NCBI GenBank assembly: GCA_963720755.1
Contig: CAVRGP010000015.1
Span: 448,001-512,000 of the forward strand
Reading direction: 5' to 3'
DNA: 64,000 nt
Source: an uncultured Chloroflexia bacterium
Lineage (GTDB): Bacteria; Chloroflexota; Limnocylindria; Limnocylindrales; CSP1-4
The position numbers and the translations under genes were made by a program. Positions within the stretch are counted from its first letter, which is position 1; every line of letters begins with the position of its first letter. Shown piece by piece: positions 1-8,927 of this stretch. The notes beneath the pieces are model-generated. The model had not been told where the DNA came from. It did not search any database and worked only from the letters and a program-made list of their open reading frames with translations.

Positions 1-2
1 GA

Positions 3-386
3 GGTTCCTGGGTGAGTCCGTATGACGGCGTCCGGATCGACGATGCAGCCGGGGTCCAGATCGACCACCTCGTCGCCCTGGCCGAGGCGTGGTACTCGGG
101 GGCGTTCGCCTGGACCACCGAACGGCGCGAACGATTTGCCAACGACCTCGACGTGCCCTGGGAACTGAACGCGGCCTCTCCCCAGTCCAACGAGGCGAAG
201 GGTTCGAGTGATCCAGCCGAATGGCTGCCGCCCTTGCCCTCGGACCTCTGCCCCTACATCGAGGCTTGGATCGGAACGAAGCTTCGGTGGGCACTATCCG
301 TCGACCTCGCCGAGAAGGTCGCCCTGGACCGTACGGTCGCCCAGTGTCCGGATTCCGCGATCGTCGTCCCCGAGGCGGCCCCATAA
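3..386 (+). CDS. HNH endonuclease family protein (DUF1524-like), 5'-truncated by window edge
   Basis: SPYDG...QIDHLVALAEAW.SGA..W...RRERFAND...N.AKG..DPAEWLP motifs; frame open from position 3. Confidence 0.8.
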   Translation, partial: GSWVSPYDGVRIDDAAGVQIDHLVALAEAWYSGAFAWTTERRERFANDLDVPWELNAASPQSNEAKGSSDPAEWLPPLPSDLCPYIEAWIGTKLRWALSVDLAEKVALDRTVAQCPDSAIVVPEAAP

Positions 387-412
387 GCCACAGATATGTG
401 GATCGGGATTGA

Positions 413-670
413 CGTGCGACTGGCGCGACACGCACACCGGGCACGTCTCCACCGATCGCCGTCGTTGGGGCCTCCGCGACGCCCACGCAGACGAGCGCTC
501 CGTCGACGGCCCCTCCCTCAGACTCCGCTACGCCGACGGTCTCCGATGAGCGTTCGGTCGTCGTGATCGGCCACTCGGGCGCGACCGGCTACGATTCGGA
601 TCCGACCCGACCCGGCGTCGACGTCACCGCGAACTCCTGGGCGACGGGGACCAACCCGAGCGTCGACAGC
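413..670 (+). pseudogene. Remnant of secreted SGNH/GDSL hydrolase (P/T/S linker + block I)
   Basis: In-frame PTQTSAPSTAPPSDSATPT linker then VVVIGHSGATGYDSDP...NSWATGTNPSVDS; no signal peptide or plausible start; stop at 410. Confidence 0.5.
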
Positions 671-1015
671 GAGGAGACGCCGCGGCCGGCGGGATTTGTC
701 CCGAGCACGGAGCTCTGGTGGATCGATGGGGAGACATTCCTGGGTCGTGTCGGCATCCGCCATCGACTGACGCCGAACCTCCTGGAGACTGGCGGGCACA
801 TCGGCTACGACGTCCGGCCGTCTGCCCGACGCCGGGGCCACGCGACCGCCATGCTGCGGCAGGCGCTGATCGTCGCGCGAGGGCTCGGCATCGAGCGCGC
901 CCTCATCACCTGCGATGTCGACAACGTCGGCTCGCGAGCGGTCATCGAGAGAACTGGTGGCGTGCTCGAGGATGAGCGCTCGGGAACACTGCGATTCTGG
1001 GTGTCGACCGGCTGA
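671..1015 (+). pseudogene. GNAT acetyltransferase lacking its N-terminus (fused in frame to SGNH remnant; ORF 563..1015)
   Basis: ETPRPAGFVPSTELWW...GGHIGYDVRPSARRRGHATAML...TCDVDNVGSRAVIE. Confidence 0.7.
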
Positions 1016-1557
1016 CGTCGGCACCCGGTCCAGCCTGGCGATCGCACCTACCCGTCGACTTCGAGTCCGAGAGCAGTCCATTCTGGACTCACGCCGAAGA
1101 GGGAGTTCGAGCGGATCAGCTCGACATACTGGCCAGGACCCAGGTGACCGAGGTCCGCGAACACCGCGCCTCCGGGAAAACCCCGGTCGGCGGCGGAGGC
1201 GAAGCTATACAACCAGCCCGCATCATCAACGGAACTGAAGTCGAAGCTGCTGTCGACCGAATGGCCGATCGCGACGATCGTGTGCAAGGCGCGCCGGCAC
1301 CGTCGAGGTGGACAGGGTGAGACGCGTCCATAACTCGTCGGGCGTCGGGATGTCGATCGGCCCCCGCTCACACTCTCGATGGCCACGACCTGCGCCACCG
1401 CCCGCGCGAAATGTGGTGCCAGCATGCGCACATTTCCCGTCGCGATGTGTTGCGGCGGGCCTGGGCGCGCGTCATCGTCGATGTGAAGCCTCGGCGTGGT
1501 CTGATCCTCGGATCGGTGACAGGCGCTGAGGCTTCGCCAGGTGCGGGCGCAGACAGA

Positions 1558-2499
1558 TCAGGGGCGGTCGCCGCGCCATTGGAACTCAGACACGCGCACG
1601 TGCGACTTCGTCGTGCCACCCGCCAGTAGCAGGGTCACTTTCGTCCCGTCGGAAGGGATCGACCAGGTCAGCCATTCGGACGACATGCCTCCATCCATGC
1701 ACGTCCCGATCTCGACCTGCGCCGAGCCGCCGACCCGCGCAGTGACGACCATCGGCTTGCCGCCGACGGGACCGCAGCCGGTTACCTCCAGTGCCCAGCT
1801 AGTCGGCGCCGTCCCATCGGGCAGGGTCGTCGCGTTGAAGGGGAACGAGGCGAAGAACTGCGCCTTGACGCTCCTCGGCTTGGACGGACCGGGAATAGCC
1901 CCCATGCTCATAGAGCCGTCCGATACGAGCGCCGGCTGCGTGGCATCAGCGCTCGAGAACACTGGCAGGACCTCTACCTCGCTCGGGGCATCGATGACAT
2001 TCGAGACCGAGGCAACGAGGTGGACCACCCCGAGGCCGATGAACGGATGATAGGCAACCTGCAGATAGGTCCAGTCCTGTTGCCCGTTGGAGCACTCTGG
2101 CACCTGTGGGCCGGGCCAGGACGTGAAATCGTAGTTGTCCTCTCGGAGGGCGGTTTCCCAGTCGTCTTCAGGCGGCGCGTCCGCCGTGATCGTGAAGTCG
2201 CTGGCGGCGCACGAGGCGGGCAGGAAGGCGACCCGGGCCGCCCACTGCCCATTCGGCATGACCGGGGCCGACGATGGAGCGGTCCAATCCGCTCCAGCGT
2301 CTCCCACCGGCACCAGGAAGGCGTCCCCGGCCAGGTAGGCCGGATCATCGATGCGCAGCCCGCTGTCCGGGCTGGCCGACAGGGTGACGGACGGCTGGGT
2401 TGGCGGATCGCCCGACGGGGACTCAATGGGAGGGACCACGCCGCACGCGGCCACGGACAAGGCGGTCACGATGGCCGCGACCGCGAATCGGGCCGACAT
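1558..2499 (-). CDS. Hypothetical lipoprotein
   Basis: MSARFAVAAIVTALSVAAC lipobox signal, P/S/T linker, Cys-containing beta-rich domain. Confidence 0.7.
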   Translation of the reverse strand: MSARFAVAAIVTALSVAACGVVPPIESPSGDPPTQPSVTLSASPDSGLRIDDPAYLAGDAFLVPVGDAGADWTAPSSAPVMPNGQWAARVAFLPASCAASDFTITADAPPEDDWETALREDNYDFTSWPGPQVPECSNGQQDWTYLQVAYHPFIGLGVVHLVASVSNVIDAPSEVEVLPVFSSADATQPALVSDGSMSMGAIPGPSKPRSVKAQFFASFPFNATTLPDGTAPTSWALEVTGCGPVGGKPMVVTARVGGSAQVEIGTCMDGGMSSEWLTWSIPSDGTKVTLLLAGGTTKSHVRVSEFQWRGDRP

Positions 2500-2711
2500 C
2501 GGGTGCTCAGGCCTAGTAAGCCGCGTGATCGCCACTGGGTCAACCCTTCTGACCGACGTTCGCCGATCGCGTCCATGGTGGGCTGGCGGCATCGGGGGGT
2601 CAATGTGCAGAACGGCAGGGATCGCGCCGAACCCTCGCGAGGCCGGTCGCGAGGCCGATTCCGGAAGGTATCCTTGGGGTCCGATCATCGAACGCATGGG
2701 TTCGCAGGCGC

Positions 2712-2903
2712 ATGACTCCTCCCGACCCGCACACTCAGCCGTCGTACCGGGGCGCGATCACGATGATGGTGCTTGTTCTCGTCGTGATCGCCGTCGTCTG
2801 GTTGCTATTCGTCAATGTGCTCGACTCCGACTTCGGTCGGGGCGTGTACGTCCCGGACGCTGGACCCGGAGCGACATCGACGGTCGACCAGCCGGTCCCC
2901 TGA
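2712..2903 (+). CDS. Small single-TM membrane protein
   Basis: 63 aa with hydrophobic stretch AITMMVLVLVVIAVVWLLFV. Confidence 0.55.
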   Translation: MTPPDPHTQPSYRGAITMMVLVLVVIAVVWLLFVNVLDSDFGRGVYVPDAGPGATSTVDQPVP

Positions 2904-3012
2904 ACTCGCGACTCCTCGCACCATACCGGGTCGCGGAGGGCGGTCCGCAGATTCAAGGTTCTTACCCGTTTCCCGCGCCGTATCGCAAGCAGCACTGGCT
3001 AGGGTAGGTTCC

Positions 3013-3085
3013 TGGCCCGACTGTCTCCCCCCAGGCAGTCGGGCCGTGCTGCACCCTGGGACGTTCGCGATGCGGCGAACGTCTG
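3013..3085 (+). ncRNA. Candidate two-hairpin small RNA with six-C loop
   Basis: TAGGGT -10-like at 3000-3005; 13-bp stem 3014-3045 with CCCCCC loop; 9-bp perfect stem 3060-3083. Confidence 0.35.
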
Positions 3086-3166
3086 ACGCCGAGCGCCAAG
3101 TACGGCCCTGGGCTAGGGTTCGCGGATGCTGTGCCGGGGGTTCCACGGGGGCGTTCGCGAGAGTCG

Positions 3167-3325
3167 ATGATCATCGTGACCAACGCACCGAGCGCCAACC
3201 GCTACGAGGCCCACATCGACGGTGTCCTGGCGGGCATCCTTGCGTACGTCGAGAAACGTGGCCGTCTGGCGCTGGCTCGTTCTTGCGTTGCATCGAAGCA
3301 ACGGCGTATCCTCGCCGCAACCTAA
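3167..3325 (+). pseudogene. Truncated small GNAT-family (Acetyltransf_CG-like) N-terminus
   Basis: MIIVTNAPSANRYEAHIDGVLAGILAY then loses similarity; no G.G.G acetyl-CoA motif. Confidence 0.55.
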
Positions 3326-3358
3326 CTCCGGTAGTGGTGCCCCGCGAAGGAGTAGCCG

Positions 3359-4171
3359 ATGCGCGCGTCTCGTCGCCTGTTCAGCCTGCTCAGCGTGCCG
3401 ATCCTGATCGTCGGTTCGTTTGCAGCGGCGAGTCCCGTCCTGGCCGCGTCATGCGACGGTTCCAGTGATCTGGTCGGCAATGGCAGTTTCGAGACGCCGG
3501 TCGTCGCCGCGAACACCTACACGCTGTTCCCGGCCGCATCCGTGCCATCGTGGCAGACGACCGATGGCCTTGGGGAGATCGAGATCTGGGGCGACGGATT
3601 CCTCGGCGTCCCGGCCCCGGACGGCAATGCCTTCGCGGAGATCAATGCCAACACCGACGCGACGCTTTATCAGGATGTCATCTCGACTCCCGGCTCGACG
3701 ATCAGCTGGACGCTGCTTCATCGGGGGCGGGATGGCGATGACACGATGCAGGTGCTGATCGGCGACCCGGACGTCGCGGACATCAACGGCGCGACCGGGT
3801 GGGACTTCATCTCGCCCGACATCATCGACGGCAACACCGCCTGGGCCACGCATGGCGACGACTACATCGTTCCCGACGGCCAGACGTGCACTCGATTGGC
3901 ATTCCGCGCCGTGAGCACCGCATCGGGAAATGCCTCTGTGGGCAACCTGCTTGACGCGGTCGCCATCACCGTGGCACTCCCCGAGCCGACACCCGCACCG
4001 ACTCCCGCCGACACGCCGGTGATCACGGCGCCGCCGACGGACACGTCGGGGATCGCTGGTCCCGGTGACTCCGAGCCCCCGCTCCTCGCCATCATCTTGC
4101 TGGCGCTTGGGAGTTTGGTCGGCATCAGCGCTGCGGTCGCGCGGGCCCGGCGGGAATCCGAAGGCCGATAG
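3359..4171 (+). CDS. Secreted surface protein, DUF642/CBM-like beta-sandwich, with C-terminal TM anchor
   Basis: AAGGAG RBS, signal peptide, NGSFETP...GNLLDAV domain, PT linker, APPTDT, TM helix, RARR tail. Confidence 0.7.
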   Translation: MRASRRLFSLLSVPILIVGSFAAASPVLAASCDGSSDLVGNGSFETPVVAANTYTLFPAASVPSWQTTDGLGEIEIWGDGFLGVPAPDGNAFAEINANTDATLYQDVISTPGSTISWTLLHRGRDGDDTMQVLIGDPDVADINGATGWDFISPDIIDGNTAWATHGDDYIVPDGQTCTRLAFRAVSTASGNASVGNLLDAVAITVALPEPTPAPTPADTPVITAPPTDTSGIAGPGDSEPPLLAIILLALGSLVGISAAVARARRESEGR

Positions 4172-4190
4172 CCGGCGCTCGCGCACCTCG

Positions 4191-4517
4191 TCACTCGCAG
4201 TGCGCGGGCTTCGGCTTCTTCACCCAGGTGTAGCCGGCTGCGACGCAAGTCTTCTTCTTGGTGTATGCGGACGGCGGGATGGGCGTCGCCGTCGGCGTCG
4301 GGGTCGGCGAAACGACTTCGGAGGGCCCGGAGGCTCCGTTGAGTTGATTCCCGACGTCCGTCAGCGCTCCGGTCAGCTGTCCAGTCAGGAAGAGCGTCGC
4401 CCCGATCGAGACGACAGCGACAAGGACCAGGATCAGGGCGTACTCGACGAGGCCCTGGCCCGCGTCGGCACGTCCGCGCGAAGGGCGTTCGTTCGTATTC
4501 CCGGATTCGTCGGTCAT
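4191..4517 (-). CDS. Flp family type IVb pilin with C-terminal extension
   Basis: G|QGLVEYALILVLVAVVSI prepilin motif; PT linker and Cys pair at C-terminus. Confidence 0.8.
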   Translation of the reverse strand: MTDESGNTNERPSRGRADAGQGLVEYALILVLVAVVSIGATLFLTGQLTGALTDVGNQLNGASGPSEVVSPTPTPTATPIPPSAYTKKKTCVAAGYTWVKKPKPAHCE

Positions 4518-4708
4518 CAAGGGCTCCGGATGGGTGTGAATGGCCGCACCGAACCTACCTCGACCCACCCCGAACGCTCCACGGTACGTAAGTCCGCCTC
4601 CAGACTGGCCCCTATAGGCCCGTTGATGGCTCGCACCGGAAGATGCCTGGATTGACCCGATTCCCCTAGTAATCCCCAGCCGATAGTCCTACTCTCCGGC
4701 GACAGCAA

Positions 4709-4795
4709 GGGGGGCACGGGGCCGCAAGGTCCCACCAGCGCGGCGTCGAACCGGTCGCCAACTCGACGCGCTGGGCCAATGGCGAGACCGACCCC
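4709..4795 (+). promoter_or_regulatory. Putative riboswitch, c-di-GMP-II-like pseudoknot (variant)
   Basis: Stems CCAGCGC/GCGCTGG and GCGTCGA/TCGACGC; loop CGGTCGCCA complementary to downstream TGGCGA-GA-CCG; 3' end GACCCC can pair with the GGGGTTG next to the start codon. Confidence 0.45.
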
Positions 4796-4818
4796 AACAT
4801 GCAATTCGGGGTTGATCG

Positions 4819-5280
4819 ATGGCTGACTACTACGCGACCCTCGGGGTCGACCGATCCGCAGGCCAAGGGACCATTCGAGCTGCCTACCGCTCGCTTGCCC
4901 GGCGAAGTCACCCGGACGCCGGTGGCGACGCCACGGCCATGGCCCGGCTCAACGACGCCTGGGGCATCCTGAGCAAGCCTGAGCGCCGAGCGTCCTATGA
5001 CGCCGAGCTCCGAGCACAGGAAGAGCAGGCGAAGCGCCCGACGGCCACGCCTCGGCGGGCACACGACGGCCACACGATCCTCGATTTCGGGCGGTATTCC
5101 GGATGGTCGCTGGCCGACGTGGCGCACGCCGACGACGATTACCTCGTCTGGTTGTCGCGGACGCCGACGGGCCGACCATTGCGCCGCGAGATCAATGAGC
5201 TGCTCGAATCGCGTGCCCGCGCGGTCGAGGCCGTCCGACCGACCGCCACCGCGGCGCGCCGAAGGCTATGGCGCCGCTGA
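4819..5280 (+). CDS. DnaJ-domain protein with C-terminal ExoX-C/QSregVF_b-like domain
   Basis: DYYATLGV...AYRSLARRSHPD J-domain; ILDFGRYSGWSLADV...DDYLVWL. Confidence 0.8.
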   Translation: MADYYATLGVDRSAGQGTIRAAYRSLARRSHPDAGGDATAMARLNDAWGILSKPERRASYDAELRAQEEQAKRPTATPRRAHDGHTILDFGRYSGWSLADVAHADDDYLVWLSRTPTGRPLRREINELLESRARAVEAVRPTATAARRRLWRR

Positions 5281-5327
5281 ACCCTCAGGCCCGCTAGGAT
5301 GGCCGGACCACGACGAGGGAGATTGCG

Positions 5328-6185
5328 ATACCCGCGGACCAGCCCGACCAGCAGCCTACCGACCAGCCTTCGCCGTCCGACGACAACGGACCGGACGCGG
5401 CGACCGCTCGCGTTCCGGTCGATCCGGAGGCGCCGGCCCAACCGTCGCACGGACTGATCTCGGCCGAGCCCGTCGGCTGGAGCGAGACACCGGGTCCGGA
5501 GGGGACGCTGTCTCCACGACCCGACGCGACGACGCCGGTCTGGACGCCGCCCGCGCCGCGGCCCGCGATGGCAGGCACCGACGGCCTGGTGATCTCGGGC
5601 GTCTTCGCCAGGGTCGTCGCCTACGCCATCGACCTGTCGTTGCTTTCGGCCCTGAATGTCGCCATCTCCGGGGCGCTCGGGCTGTTCTCCGAAGATCGCA
5701 ACGAGACGGTGGCCCTGGTCGTCAGTGCCGTGCTGATCGGCGTCGACTTCCTGTACTTCGTCGGGTTCTGGACGAGTCGCCTGCAAGCCACGCTCGGGAT
5801 GCGCTTGATCCGCTTGCGGGTCCTCGGATCGGTCAGTGCCCGCACCCTGTCCGCGAATGACGCCCTGCTCCGATGGCTCGCCCTCAGCGGCGCGGTATCG
5901 ATCCTTGCCTTCGTGCCGTCGATCGCACCGTCCGTCGGGCTGCTCGGCGGCATCTGGATCCTCATGCTGCTGGTGACCACGGCGATGAACCCGTTGCGGC
6001 AGGGTCTTCACGATCGCTGGGCGCGTTCCGTGATCGTCCAGCCGGCACCGGGCGGCTCAGGGCTTGCGATCGTGGGCTGCCTCGTGCTCATGGTGGTGTT
6101 CTTCGTCTTCGTGCCTGTGGCATTGCTGGCGTTCTCGGGCGACCAGATCCGGGAGATCCTCAACGAGATCGGCAACTCCGTCTGA
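5328..6185 (+). CDS. RDD family membrane protein (start uncertain: ATA 5328 or ATG 5568)
   Basis: RVVAYAID...QATLGMRLIRLRV...RQGLHDRWA motifs; open in-frame acidic/Pro extension upstream of ATG. Confidence 0.8.
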   Translation: MPADQPDQQPTDQPSPSDDNGPDAATARVPVDPEAPAQPSHGLISAEPVGWSETPGPEGTLSPRPDATTPVWTPPAPRPAMAGTDGLVISGVFARVVAYAIDLSLLSALNVAISGALGLFSEDRNETVALVVSAVLIGVDFLYFVGFWTSRLQATLGMRLIRLRVLGSVSARTLSANDALLRWLALSGAVSILAFVPSIAPSVGLLGGIWILMLLVTTAMNPLRQGLHDRWARSVIVQPAPGGSGLAIVGCLVLMVVFFVFVPVALLAFSGDQIREILNEIGNSV

Positions 6186-6213
6186 GCCGGCCGGACCTCA
6201 TAGACTTGGCCTG

Positions 6214-7695
6214 ATGGATCTCGATCGACCCGAACCGCTCGGCGACATGCCAACGACCGACTTTCGGGCGGCCGCCTACGCGGTCGTCGACATCATGGCC
6301 GACTACCTGGAGCAGGTGGCCGCGTACCCGGTCTTCCCGGCCATCGAGCCAGGGACCCTTCGGTCGCTCTTTCCGGTGTCCGCGCCCGAGGCGCCGGAAT
6401 CCATCGAGTCCATCCTCCACGACTATGTGACGCTCATCGAACCGAACGCGACGCACTGGCAGCACCCGGGCTTCATGGCCTACTTCGCCACGACGGCCTC
6501 CGCGCCCGGGATCCTCGGCGAGATGCTGACCGCGGCACTCGGCCAGAACCCGATGGTCTGGCGGACGTCACCGATCGGGACGGAGCTCGAGCAGGTCGTC
6601 GTCGATTGGCTCCGTCAAGCCCTGGGTCTCCCGGTCGGCTTCGATGGATTGTTGACCGATACCGCATCAACCTCGAGCCTGATCGCCCTGGCGGCGGCGC
6701 GTGAGGCGGCCGGCACGGATGCGGCGTCAAGTGGACTTGCGGCGCGTCCGGAGCTGGGCGCCGGTCTGCGGGTCTACGCATCCGAAGAGGCCCACAGCTC
6801 GATCGAGAAGGCATGCATGACCCTTGGTCTGGGCCGGGCCTCGCTCGTCCGCATCCCGACCAACGATCGGTTCGAGATGGAACCGACGGGACTCCAGATG
6901 GCGATCGACGCCGACCGGGCAGCCGGCCGACGTCCGGTTGCGATCGTGGCGACCATCGGGACCACGTCATCCACGTCGGTGGATCCGATCGCCGCCATCG
7001 CGGACATCGCCGAGCGGGAGGGCGTGTGGCTGCACGTCGATGCGGCCTACGCCGGTCCGATCGCGATGTTGCCTGAGCGTCGCCTTCCCTTCGACGGCTG
7101 GGAACGCGCCGACTCGATCGTGGTCAATCCCCACAAGTGGTTGTTCGCGCCGCTCGATGCCTCGCTCCTGCTCGCGCGGAGGATGGAGGAGTTGCGGGCG
7201 GCCTTCAGCCTCGTGCCGGAATACCTTCGGACGCTGGATGGCACCACTTCCGGCCGTGACTTCAATGAGTACACACCTCAGCTCGGACGCCGGTTCCGGG
7301 CGCTCAAGCTGTGGATCCAGCTCCGCTGGTTCGGCCTGGAAGGGCTCCGTGCCCGGCTCGAGCATCACCTGGCGATGGCTGCCGCGTTCGAGTCGTGGGT
7401 GGATGCCGACCCGGATTGGGAGCGGGTCGCGCCTGTTCCGTTCTCCACGATCTGCCTCCGCTGGCGACCGGCGGACCGGCAGCTGGACGCCGCGCAGCTC
7501 GATGCCGCGAATGCCGCCATCATGGATACGGTGAACCGCAGCGGGGAGGTCTTCCTGTCGCACACCCGGCTGAATGACCGGTTGGTGATCCGGGTCGCCA
7601 TCGGCAACCTCCGAACCGAGGCCGGTCACGTCGAACGAGCCTGGGAACTCCTGCGTGAAGCCGCCCACGTGGTGAGCCTGGAGCAGGCCGGATGA
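6214..7695 (+). CDS. PLP-dependent (aromatic) amino acid decarboxylase, group II
   Basis: HWQHPGFMAYF, AHSSIEKA, WLHVDAAYAG, NPHKW (PLP lysine), GRRFRALKLW. Confidence 0.9.
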   Translation: MDLDRPEPLGDMPTTDFRAAAYAVVDIMADYLEQVAAYPVFPAIEPGTLRSLFPVSAPEAPESIESILHDYVTLIEPNATHWQHPGFMAYFATTASAPGILGEMLTAALGQNPMVWRTSPIGTELEQVVVDWLRQALGLPVGFDGLLTDTASTSSLIALAAAREAAGTDAASSGLAARPELGAGLRVYASEEAHSSIEKACMTLGLGRASLVRIPTNDRFEMEPTGLQMAIDADRAAGRRPVAIVATIGTTSSTSVDPIAAIADIAEREGVWLHVDAAYAGPIAMLPERRLPFDGWERADSIVVNPHKWLFAPLDASLLLARRMEELRAAFSLVPEYLRTLDGTTSGRDFNEYTPQLGRRFRALKLWIQLRWFGLEGLRARLEHHLAMAAAFESWVDADPDWERVAPVPFSTICLRWRPADRQLDAAQLDAANAAIMDTVNRSGEVFLSHTRLNDRLVIRVAIGNLRTEAGHVERAWELLREAAHVVSLEQAG

Positions 7696-8855
7696 ATGCC
7701 ATCGATGACGCTCGGAACGATGCCGTCGAGCGGCTCCGCGCACTCGACCTCGGTGACGACTTCGATCCGAGGGCGGCCGAATCGATCGTCGCTGCCGGAC
7801 TGCATCGACTGGTCGTACCTGCGGCTGCGGGCGGACTGGGCGCCCGGATGTGCGACGCCGCGGAGGTGCTGTTGGCGCTGGGGGCGGTCGACGGGTCGAC
7901 CGCGTTGGGCCTCGCGATGCAGATCCATGTCGTGGGCGCACTGGTCGACACCGACGCGATCCCAGCGGCGCTTCGGGCGGAGGTGTTTCGGGCGATCGTG
8001 GAGGACGGGGCCCTCGTCAACAACGCCGCGACCGAGGACGGCGGTGGATCACCATCCCGCGGCGCGATACCCGGGACGGTGGCCAGGTCCGATGACGACG
8101 GAAGCTGGCGACTCACCGGTGAGAAGGCCTGGACGACCTGGTTGCCGAACCTGACCCACGCATTCGTTTCGGCCCGGGTGGCCTCGGCCGATCCGCCCGA
8201 GGTGGGGAGCTGGTTGGTGGATCTTTCGACCCCTGGGGTCCGCCGCGGGCCCGGGTTTGCCGCCCTCGGGATGCGGGGATCGGCGTCGGGCCGGCTCTAC
8301 CTCCACGAGGTCCGGGTGCCCGGCGATGCCCTCGTTTCGCGTCGAATCGTCGGGACGCCGGATCCGCGTGGACCGGTCCCGGGTGCATGGTTCGGCATCG
8401 CCATCGCCGCCGCCTACCTCGGGGTGGGGGAGGGCGCCCGTCTCGAGGTCGCACGCTGGGCGCTTGGTCGCCGAACCGGGGCCGCCAAGACGTCCGTGGC
8501 GGAGATCCCGAGCGTCGAGCTTCGTCTCGGCCGGATGGACATGGGTCTTCGGGCAGCTCGGATCGTCGTTCTCGATGTCGCCCGCCGGTGGGACGCAGCG
8601 GTCGCTGCGGGGGATGCGACGCGTCTCGCTGATATCGCCACGGACGTCCCGCTTGCCAAGCTCGTCGCGACCCAGGCCGCCACCGACGCCACCGACCAGG
8701 CCCTGCGGATCGCCGGCGGACCGGGCTTCCTCGGCGGCCGCCTCGAGCGGGCGTTCCGGGACGCGCGGGCCGGTCTCATCAACCCGCCCCTCGAGGATGT
8801 AGCGCTGGCCGGGTTCGCCCGGGCCTTCCTGGATCGGATCCGCGGGTCGTCATGA
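7692..8855 (+). CDS. Acyl-CoA dehydrogenase family protein (flavin-dependent monooxygenase-like subgroup)
   Basis: LTGEKAWTT, LGMRGSAS, LERAFRDARAG; overlaps upstream stop. Confidence 0.8.
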   Translation: MNAIDDARNDAVERLRALDLGDDFDPRAAESIVAAGLHRLVVPAAAGGLGARMCDAAEVLLALGAVDGSTALGLAMQIHVVGALVDTDAIPAALRAEVFRAIVEDGALVNNAATEDGGGSPSRGAIPGTVARSDDDGSWRLTGEKAWTTWLPNLTHAFVSARVASADPPEVGSWLVDLSTPGVRRGPGFAALGMRGSASGRLYLHEVRVPGDALVSRRIVGTPDPRGPVPGAWFGIAIAAAYLGVGEGARLEVARWALGRRTGAAKTSVAEIPSVELRLGRMDMGLRAARIVVLDVARRWDAAVAAGDATRLADIATDVPLAKLVATQAATDATDQALRIAGGPGFLGGRLERAFRDARAGLINPPLEDVALAGFARAFLDRIRGSS

Positions 8856-8927
8856 TCGTCGGTCAGAGTCGTTCGTCGGGCTAGACTCGGCGACGTCACG
8901 CCCAAACTCGCAACCGGAGGCATCGAT

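Noticed and set aside
3-386. GmrSD restriction or defence system
   Set aside because: Only the small HNH/DUF1524-type domain is visible, with no partner genes in the window
388-420. Shared repeat with 26010-26045 (CACATATC core)
   Set aside because: Similarity is too short and gapped to support a repeat family
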